Positions 7,145-13,130 of a DNA stretch of 13,130 bases are shown piece after piece. This DNA is from Candidatus Asbonarchaeum danakilense. Its GTDB lineage: Archaea; Nanohalarchaeota; Nanosalinia; Nanosalinales; Nanoanaerosalinaceae. A model generated the notes under the pieces. That model did not search any database. It was not told where the DNA came from and worked only from the letters and a program-made list of their open reading frames with translations. Position 1 is the stretch's first letter, and each line of letters opens with the position of its first letter. A program made the position numbers and the translations under genes. The DNA lies in the NCBI GenBank assembly GCA_034190465.1, contig JAXINV010000006.1:1-13130 (forward strand), read 5' to 3'.

Positions 7145-7813
7145 TCACAGCACGCCGTCCTGCTTCAGGCTGGTGCAGTCGTCCTCGCCGACGATGACGT
7201 GGTCCAGCAGACGGACATCGAACTCCTGCAGCGCCGCTGCCAGCTCCCGCGTGGTCTCCCTGTCCGCTGCTGTCGGTTCTGCGTCGCCATCCGGGTGGTT
7301 GTGTGCCACGACCACGGCCGACGCGTTGTGTTTCAATGCCTGGCGGACAACCTCGCGAGGTTCGACCGTGATACTCCGCAGCGATCCTTTGAACACAGGG
7401 ACGACCCGCTTCACCCGGTTAGAGGACCCGAGAAACGCGGCATGCAGCTCTTCCTGCTCCAGCCCCCGGAGCTGTGGGACGAAACAGGCCCTGGCCTCCT
7501 CGAAGCTGGCGATCCTGTCCGCCTCCCCGGCATCCATCCGACTGCACAGCTCCAGTGCGGCGACGAGCTGGCCTGCTTTCACCTTGCCGATACCGTGGAA
7601 CTGCTGGAGCTCGGCCAGTGTCGCGTTCGCCATCCGTTCCAGCCCCATCTCGTTGAGGAGCTCGTGGCAGACCTGTTTGACGTTCTGTCCCTGTGTCCCG
7701 GTCCGGAGGACGATGGCGAGAAGTTCGGCGTCCGACAGTGCATCCACACCTTCCTGCTGCAACCGTTCACGGGGACGTTCCGAGGCCGGCAGGTCCTGGA
7801 TCCTGTACTGCAT
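7145..7813 (-). CDS. radC: RadC-family (JAB/MPN + HhH) protein, 222 aa
   Basis: ERPRERL; LSDAELLAIVLRTG; HhH GIGKVKA; QEE; PREV; HNHP.G...D; LLDHVIVG. ATG at 7813 with TTTAAA at 7838-7843. Confidence 0.93.
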   Translation of the reverse strand: MQYRIQDLPASERPRERLQQEGVDALSDAELLAIVLRTGTQGQNVKQVCHELLNEMGLERMANATLAELQQFHGIGKVKAGQLVAALELCSRMDAGEADRIASFEEARACFVPQLRGLEQEELHAAFLGSSNRVKRVVPVFKGSLRSITVEPREVVRQALKHNASAVVVAHNHPDGDAEPTAADRETTRELAAALQEFDVRLLDHVIVGEDDCTSLKQDGVL

Positions 7814-7848
7814 CACCACAGGATGCGTCTCCGGTGCTTTAAACAGGG

Positions 7849-7868
7849 GTCCGTCTTTCCAGGCGGAC
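7849..7868. repeat. Short inverted repeat / hairpin between the phosphatase gene and the radC promoter
   Basis: GTCCGTCT-TTCC-AGGCGGAC forms an 8-bp stem with one G-T pair. The minus-strand loop is GGAA. Confidence 0.4.
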
Positions 7869-7886
7869 GCGGTGTGGAACGAGCCG

Positions 7887-8300
7887 TCACGATCGGCGCT
7901 CCTCCAGCAGCTGCTGCGCCTGTTCGACCAGTGCCGGATGCGGGTTGGCCTGCGGCCGCTCCTGTTCGATATTCCGGAGGACATCGCGCAGTTCCTTTTC
8001 TTTCTCGATCGCGATCACGGTGGCGGCGACCGCTGTGCTCCGGGAAACACCCATGTTGCAATGGATCAGGACCGGTCCGTCCTCGTGTGCGGTCAGGGCG
8101 GCGTCGACCGCCTCCTTGAACTGTTCTCCGTCGACCGTTGCACTATCATCCAGGGGCACGTGCCGAACAGCTTGATCGGTGGCCGGGCTGTCCCGTTTCG
8201 ACAGGTTGATAACCGTGGTGATACCGCGCGCCCGGATGGCGTCCTCGTCCATCGCGTCCTCGTAGCTGCCGATGAAGATACCGTCAGCGACCTCGTCCAT
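7887..8300 (-). CDS. Dual-specificity (CX5R) phosphatase family protein, 137 aa
   Basis: IFIGS; ITTVINL; acid loop PLDD; P-loop HCNMGVSRS; RP.A.P motif. TTTAAA at 8323-8328. Confidence 0.92.
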   Translation of the reverse strand: MDEVADGIFIGSYEDAMDEDAIRARGITTVINLSKRDSPATDQAVRHVPLDDSATVDGEQFKEAVDAALTAHEDGPVLIHCNMGVSRSTAVAATVIAIEKEKELRDVLRNIEQERPQANPHPALVEQAQQLLEERRS

Positions 8301-8393
8301 GGGGCCACCTTTGCCACCGGTCTTTAAACCTCTCGTGGAACTGGTGGAACGTCGACCGCTCCACCTTTAAGCCGTGGACATGCAGTCCGCAGT
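8301..8393. promoter_or_regulatory. Divergent promoters for the phosphatase gene and dinB
   Basis: TTTAAA (8323-8328) and TTTAAG (8366-8371) each lie 23-28 nt from their ATG. An inverted repeat GGTGGA-N11-TCCACC spans 8343-8365. Confidence 0.65.
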
Positions 8394-9464
8394 ATGCGAG
8401 CGGTCCTCCACCTGGACATGGACGCGTTCTTCGCCGCCGTCGAGATGCGTGACAGACCGGAACTGCAGGACCAGCCCGTTGTGGTCGGGGCAGACCCCCG
8501 CGGCGGCCGTGGCAGGGGCGTGGTCTCCACGGCGAACTATGCGGCCCGGGAGTACGGGGTCACGTCCGGGATGCCGATATCGGAGGCGTACCAGCGCTGC
8601 AGGGAGGCAGTCTTCCTCCCGGTCGACGGTGAACGGTACAGCCAGGTCTCGGAACGGATTATGGGCGAGGTCAGGACGTTCGCCGACAGCTTCGAACAGA
8701 CATCTATCGATGAGGCCTACCTGGAGCTCACCGGGCTGGGCTCGTTCCAGGACGCGGTTGAGACGGCACAGACTGTCCGGCAACGGGTGCAGGATAGGTT
8801 CGACCTGACCTGTTCACTCGGTGTCGCGACCAACAGGACCGTGGCCAAGATCGCGTCCGATCAGGACAAGCCGGACGGCCTGACCGTTGTCCGGCCCGGG
8901 ACGGCGGAGACGTTCCTTGCCGACAAGGATGTCGGCGTCATCCCTGGTGTGGGATCGGAGACGGAGACCCGGCTCCGCCAGCTCGGTGTCGAGACGGCGG
9001 GCGATCTTGCGGAGGCGTCGGAACAGGTGCTGCGGGATGAACTGGGCAGCCACGGCCTGTCGATCAGACGGAAGGCACGCGGAATCGATCCGACGCCTGT
9101 CGAGGAGACGACGGAGCGGAAGAGTCTGGGGACGGAGACGACGTTCCGCGAGGATATTAAAGGCATCCGGCCGCTGACCAACTATGTCGCGATCATGAGC
9201 CGGGAGCTGGCGGAGGACCTGGCCCGGCGCGGGCTGCGGTTCAAGACGGTGGAACTGAAGCTGCGACGCTCGGATTTCGAGACGTTCACCCGGCAGCGGA
9301 CCCTGGACTCGTATTTCAGCTCGGCGCGGACGATCGAGACGGTCGGCACCGCGCTGCTGGACGGGTTCGATCCGGGGGAGTCGTACCGCTTGCTGGGACT
9401 GCGGGTGAAGAAGATAGCGACAAGCGTGGTCCGGCAGTCGCTGCTGCCGGAGTTCAGCGCCTAG
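8394..9464 (+). CDS. dinB: Y-family DNA polymerase IV (DinB/Dpo4-like), 356 aa
   Basis: HLDMDAFFAAVE; STANYAAREYGV.SGMP; SIDEAYL; AKIASD..KPDG; HhH IPGVG; little-finger RKSLG.E.TF...LKLR..DF...RLLGL. Confidence 0.96.
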   Translation: MRAVLHLDMDAFFAAVEMRDRPELQDQPVVVGADPRGGRGRGVVSTANYAAREYGVTSGMPISEAYQRCREAVFLPVDGERYSQVSERIMGEVRTFADSFEQTSIDEAYLELTGLGSFQDAVETAQTVRQRVQDRFDLTCSLGVATNRTVAKIASDQDKPDGLTVVRPGTAETFLADKDVGVIPGVGSETETRLRQLGVETAGDLAEASEQVLRDELGSHGLSIRRKARGIDPTPVEETTERKSLGTETTFREDIKGIRPLTNYVAIMSRELAEDLARRGLRFKTVELKLRRSDFETFTRQRTLDSYFSSARTIETVGTALLDGFDPGESYRLLGLRVKKIATSVVRQSLLPEFSA

Positions 9465-9649
9465 TTCAGCTTGGGTCCGTGGACGGCCATGAAGTCGAAG
9501 TCCGGGACCTCGAAGTCCTCGTCGTGCTTGAGGCCGTCGTTGACGTTCTCCTCGACGATCTCATCGAGTTCTTCCTCCTCAAGTGTCAGGTCCTCGGCGC
9601 CCATGCCGGGCTCGCCACGGTCGGAGAGTGCTTCCTTGATCTTCCGCAT
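9461..9649 (-). CDS. Small, very acidic hypothetical protein, about 62 aa
   Basis: MRKIKE...LEEEELDEIVEE...DEDFEVPDFDF, with 20 of 62 residues D/E. Its stop overlaps the dinB stop (CTAG 9461-9464). Alternative starts: GTG 9664 (overlapping the upstream TGA) or ATG 9604. Confidence 0.6.
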   Translation of the reverse strand: MRKIKEALSDRGEPGMGAEDLTLEEEELDEIVEENVNDGLKHDEDFEVPDFDFMAVHGPKLN

Positions 9650-9660
9650 CGGTGACCGCC

Positions 9661-11259
9661 TCACTGTATCACCTTGCTCACAGCATTGATAAGTCTTCTG
9701 GCTGTCTCGGCGAGGAACCGGAGGAATCCTTCCAGGAACTCCGTCCGGCCTGGGCTACCTTCAGCTGGCGTGACCTCGAGGGAGGCGTTCCCGTTCTCCG
9801 ATGTACCGGTCGCCGTCGGCACCTCCACCTTGCGGAACGTGATGTTCTCCGTCCGGCCGTCGATCACGACGTTGGTGGGGATGTTGGGCATGAAGCTGTG
9901 TACATTTTCCAGACACTGCCTGACGGACTCCTCTGTCGGGGCGTGACACGGCTCCAGGCCCGTCCCCAGGACACGCCGCAGAGTCGACCTGTACGCTGAT
10001 GCGGTATCCGCAGGTTCCTCGACGGCCATCAGGTCATCGTAGACGTCGTGGAGCTTTGCGGGGCTGTTCTTCCGTATATAGTTCCTGATGAGGAGCTCGG
10101 CGTAGGCGTAGCCGAACGTGCGGAGGCTCAACCCGGACCTGATCTGGCCTTCCTCGGAGGGGCTCCATGCCGTCATGAAGTCCCGTCCCTGCTGGTAGTA
10201 GTTCCAGAGATCTTCAGGTGTGCCGCGCGGGTCGAGCGTGTACCGGCATGTACGCTCGCTGTCACGGCACTGCGCGGTCCAGGTGACCTCTTGACCGAAG
10301 ATCTCCGCCTGGTGGTGGCCACGCTTCTCGTTGACCAGGAACTCGACGTATTTGGAGGTGCCTTCATCAAACATGGAGGAATTGGTCTGCACCCAGTTCA
10401 GCGGTTTGGCATTGAACGCGTGCATGACCTCGTGCATCACCAGCCCCGCGAAATCGTTCTCATCGACCTGGTTCTTCCGGATGAACACGAGTCCGCCGCG
10501 ACGATACCGGCCGGCACTCCATGCATCCAGGTGCCGGGTGTACTGTTCGTCCGAGAGGATGACGACCGGGATCTTGCGGAAATCGACAGCACGTCCGGTG
10601 ACCTGGTTGGCGAGCGGGTAGACCTCGTCGGCATGGCTCAGATTGGCGTCACCGAACATGATGAAGTGCTCGTACCTTCCATCTCGATTGCTGTACGTCA
10701 CACGGATATTGACCGGTCCCGTGCCCTGGAACGTCGCTGTCCGGTTGGTGAACGAGCTCCTGAACCCGAAGCTTTCCGCCAGCCCGATGATGGGCTCGGT
10801 CACGTTGACCTGGACGTAGGTCTGCTCCTCGTCGAACTGCTCGAACCGGTCGGGGAAGCCCGGCAGCTGCAGGTCGACCACGCGCAGCCCCTCCTTCCAG
10901 GCCTGGCTGTTTACGGGGTACCGGTACCGGACCTCGACCGTGGCGGACTGCCGTGCATCGCCACTGTGGGTGCTGATCTCCAGGCGTCGACCCTCCCGGT
11001 CGTAGACACCGGTCATGTCCTGCTCCACCTCTTCGACCCGGCGGAGCTCGCCCTGGCGGTCCCTGACACGGATGACGGTTGCTCCCGCACCCACCTGCCA
11101 GTTCGTCGTAAAGTAGTTGGCCTGGTCCGGGGCGTACAGCTCGAACGAGACGTTAACGTAGGCCGTGTCGTCGTGGACGCTGATCTCATAGGAGACAGCG
11201 CCAGCTGCGACCGTCGTGAGGAGGAGGACGGACAGGGCCAGGACGACAGGTTTCCTCAT
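9661..11259 (-). CDS. Secreted/surface gluzincin-like (M1/MA-clan) zinc metallopeptidase, 532 aa
   Basis: Signal peptide MRKPVVLALSVLLLTTVAAGA; beta-rich N-terminal half; HEVMH (10420-10434) followed after 18 residues by E in FDEG..YVE; downstream Y-A-Y-A helix. TTCTAAAG (minus) at 11281-11288. Confidence 0.8.
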   Translation of the reverse strand: MRKPVVLALSVLLLTTVAAGAVSYEISVHDDTAYVNVSFELYAPDQANYFTTNWQVGAGATVIRVRDRQGELRRVEEVEQDMTGVYDREGRRLEISTHSGDARQSATVEVRYRYPVNSQAWKEGLRVVDLQLPGFPDRFEQFDEEQTYVQVNVTEPIIGLAESFGFRSSFTNRTATFQGTGPVNIRVTYSNRDGRYEHFIMFGDANLSHADEVYPLANQVTGRAVDFRKIPVVILSDEQYTRHLDAWSAGRYRRGGLVFIRKNQVDENDFAGLVMHEVMHAFNAKPLNWVQTNSSMFDEGTSKYVEFLVNEKRGHHQAEIFGQEVTWTAQCRDSERTCRYTLDPRGTPEDLWNYYQQGRDFMTAWSPSEEGQIRSGLSLRTFGYAYAELLIRNYIRKNSPAKLHDVYDDLMAVEEPADTASAYRSTLRRVLGTGLEPCHAPTEESVRQCLENVHSFMPNIPTNVVIDGRTENITFRKVEVPTATGTSENGNASLEVTPAEGSPGRTEFLEGFLRFLAETARRLINAVSKVIQ

Positions 11260-11338
11260 ACAGCATCTTGCCCGTCGATCCTTTAGAAGCTTCCGACCAC
11301 CGGCAACGCTTTTATCCCGGCCCGGCCAAATGCCTCCC
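11260..11338. promoter_or_regulatory. Divergent archaeal promoter pair
   Basis: TTCTAAAG (minus, 11281-11288) and TTTTAT (plus, 11310-11315) each lie about 22-29 nt from their ATG. Confidence 0.6.
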
Positions 11339-12121
11339 ATGTCGCTCCGCATCGGCCTGATCAACGATATTCACTACGGCTTCCCCGAGAACCGCGACCC
11401 GGACAAGTACCTGGCACCGAACATCGAAGAGGCAGTCACAGCGATGAACGACGACGATCCGGACCTGGTCATCGGGCTGGGCGACTTCATCGAGCACGAC
11501 GATGCGGCGGCGGACAGGGACAAGCTACGGAAGCTCAACGACCTCCTTGACGGCCTGGACGCACCGTGGTACGCGATCCCTGGCAACCACGACATCGCGA
11601 CCCTGCGGCCTGATACGTTCCTCGAGGGACTGGCACCGGCGAACGACAGGTCGTTCTTCAGCATCGACAGCGGCGACACGCGGCTGGTCTGCCTGGACAC
11701 CACGCACCAGGACGACGACCTGCACCCGGTCGCGGGACGGCTCGGCGAGGAGCAGCGTGACTGGCTGGACGACCAACTCGACACCGACAGGCGCGTCCTG
11801 CTGTTCTCCCACCACCTGCTGCATTACAGAGACCTGACAGGCAACTTCTACTTCGACGACAAGCCCGAGCTCGCGATCGTGATCGACAAGCGGTACGTGA
11901 CGAAAAAGATCGAGCGGCACGGCAGCGTGGCGGCGGTCGTCTCCGCCCACATCCACGAGGAGGGAGTGAAGGACTTCCACGGCGTGCCGCACCTGACTGT
12001 CGGGGCGATGGACAAGAACGAACCTGAGACGCCGTTCGAGCCAGGGTTTACCCAGTTCACCGTGGCGGAGGACAGTGCGGAGCTGAACGCGCTGGACGGG
12101 ACGTACACGGTCTCGTTCTGA
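11339..12121 (+). CDS. Calcineurin-like metallophosphoesterase (CpdA/Icc-like), 260 aa
   Basis: Motifs DIH, LGD, GNHD, SHH and AHIH appear in canonical order, plus G.L.EEQ.DWL..L. ATG at 11339 sits at TATA distance; ATG 11330 is an alternative. Confidence 0.9.
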   Translation: MSLRIGLINDIHYGFPENRDPDKYLAPNIEEAVTAMNDDDPDLVIGLGDFIEHDDAAADRDKLRKLNDLLDGLDAPWYAIPGNHDIATLRPDTFLEGLAPANDRSFFSIDSGDTRLVCLDTTHQDDDLHPVAGRLGEEQRDWLDDQLDTDRRVLLFSHHLLHYRDLTGNFYFDDKPELAIVIDKRYVTKKIERHGSVAAVVSAHIHEEGVKDFHGVPHLTVGAMDKNEPETPFEPGFTQFTVAEDSAELNALDGTYTVSF

Positions 12122-12136
12122 CCGCCTGCGCGACCC

Positions 12137-12144
12137 TTTTAATA
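12137..12144 (+). promoter_or_regulatory. TATA box of the dsbA-like gene
   Basis: TTTTAATA lies 23-30 nt upstream of the ATG at 12167. Confidence 0.65.
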
Positions 12145-12166
12145 CGGGCAGCGGCAATGAAGGGCT

Positions 12167-12886
12167 ATGGAACTTGCGGGTCGTGAGGTTCCGTTGCACC
12201 TACTCGTCTCTGCCGCCGTCCTGCTGATAGTTGCAGGATTGGTCGTGACCTCGCCACGCCTGACAGAGAAGGAGCGACCAGACGACGGGATGAACGCGGG
12301 CGTGCTACGCGATGGCACGGACCCCGTTCTTGGCAACCGGAGCGCGGACCTGGTCCTGTTCTACTGGGGGGACTACCAGTGCCCGTTCTGTGCCCGGTTT
12401 GAGCGCAACACGTTCCACGAGCTCCGTACATCGTTCATTGAGACGGGGGAACTCCTGTTTGTGAAGAAGAACTTCCCAAACGTGGCTGGAGCGAAGTCGG
12501 ACTACGCTGCGCTTGCAGCTGGCTGTGTGCAGCGCCTCGGCAATGCTTCGACCTACTGGGAGTGGCATACAGCGATGTACAAACGGGAGAACTTCGACAC
12601 GCTCCAGCGGACTCGGCGGGATGTCCGTGGGACGGTTGTCGGGCTGACCAGCAACCTGACAGGACTGTCCGCGGCCAACATCTCGCGGTGCATGGACCGG
12701 CAGCATGACGCCATCATGGATGAGGTCCAGAACGACATCGGGGAGGCCCGCAGCCACGGGATCGTGACCACGCCGGGCTTCATCCTGTTCAACCGCGCGA
12801 CCAACGAGACCAGCATGATATCCGGTGCACATCCGTTCAGCTTCTTCCGGGACAGAATCCGGCAGCTGCGGGGTGACGGTGGATGA
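12167..12886 (+). CDS. Membrane-anchored DsbA-family thiol-disulfide oxidoreductase, 239 aa
   Basis: N-terminal TM anchor; PVLG; DYQCPFC active site; second Cys pair (AAGC / SRC); cis-Pro loop GIVTTPGF; GAHPF..F terminus. Confidence 0.9.
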   Translation: MELAGREVPLHLLVSAAVLLIVAGLVVTSPRLTEKERPDDGMNAGVLRDGTDPVLGNRSADLVLFYWGDYQCPFCARFERNTFHELRTSFIETGELLFVKKNFPNVAGAKSDYAALAAGCVQRLGNASTYWEWHTAMYKRENFDTLQRTRRDVRGTVVGLTSNLTGLSAANISRCMDRQHDAIMDEVQNDIGEARSHGIVTTPGFILFNRATNETSMISGAHPFSFFRDRIRQLRGDGG

Positions 12887-13130
12887 ACCCGTATCTCGTG
12901 TCGTTCCTGGACGCTGTCCGGTTCGCACTGGGGACGTGGCGGCGGCGCGGTATCGTGACAGGGCTCTCCGTGGCGGCATATGTGTTGATGATCACGAGCT
13001 CGTTCCCGCTGTACTCCTTCCAGTCGCTGCGGTACAGCATCTTCTCGATCGGACGGGTGGTGGCTGCGCTCACATGGAACTTCCATGCATCGTACGGGGC
13101 TGTCGGTTTGGGGCTGCTGGCGCTGTACGC
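12883..13130 (+). CDS. Membrane protein, N-terminal part (runs off the window; absent from the ORF track)
   Basis: The ATG at 12883 overlaps the dsbA TGA (ATGA). The frame is open to the window end: MNPYLVSFLDAVRFALGTWRRRGIVTGLSVAAYVLMITSSFPLYSFQSLRYSIFSIGRVVAALTWNFHASYGAVGLGLLALY... Confidence 0.75.
   Translation, partial: MNPYLVSFLDAVRFALGTWRRRGIVTGLSVAAYVLMITSSFPLYSFQSLRYSIFSIGRVVAALTWNFHASYGAVGLGLLALY

Noticed and set aside
7814..7984. N-terminal extension of RadC in the ORF track (same issue for ligA 3634-3693, peptidase 11260-11364 and phosphoesterase 11216-11338)
   Set aside because: The extensions overlap neighbouring genes or promoters; family homology and TATA distance point to the downstream ATGs.
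7133..8327. Plus-strand ORFs of 328 and 396 aa across radC and the phosphatase gene
   Set aside because: Antisense shadows with S/R/C-rich or mirror composition and no promoter.
10048..13086. Antisense ORFs over the peptidase, phosphoesterase and dsbA genes (10048-11286, 11525-12199, 12305-12979, 12553-13086)
   Set aside because: Shadow ORFs opposite motif-bearing genes.
1..13130. Provirus, plasmid, IS element, CRISPR array or RNA gene
   Set aside because: RadC and PolX can be mobile-element cargo, but I saw no integrase, transposase, terminal repeats, regularly spaced repeats or tRNA-like structure, and the spacers are under about 100 nt and explained by promoters.

Overview
Dense, GC-rich chromosomal segment of a halophilic archaeon. 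Evidence: strongly acidic cytoplasmic proteins, TATA-like boxes about 22-30 nt upstream of most ATGs (leaderless-type layout) and a haloarchaeal-type NAD ligase N-terminus. The tight gene packing would fit Nanohaloarchaeota or Halobacteria; the sequence alone does not settle which. The core (1603-9464) concentrates DNA-repair genes of bacterial-type families: translationally coupled polX(PHP)-ligA, radC, and dinB with a C-terminal PCNA PIP-box. These are interleaved with a HExxH zincin-like protein, a CX5R phosphatase, an XapX-like peptide and a membrane protein. The left end holds two small winged-helix genes and orphans sharing a repeated promoter motif. The right end holds a secreted gluzincin, a metallophosphoesterase, a DsbA-like oxidoreductase and a coupled, truncated membrane protein. 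I saw no RNA genes, CRISPR arrays or mobile elements. Start codons were re-assigned by hand from the ORF track, and product calls rest on motif recognition only, with no searches run.
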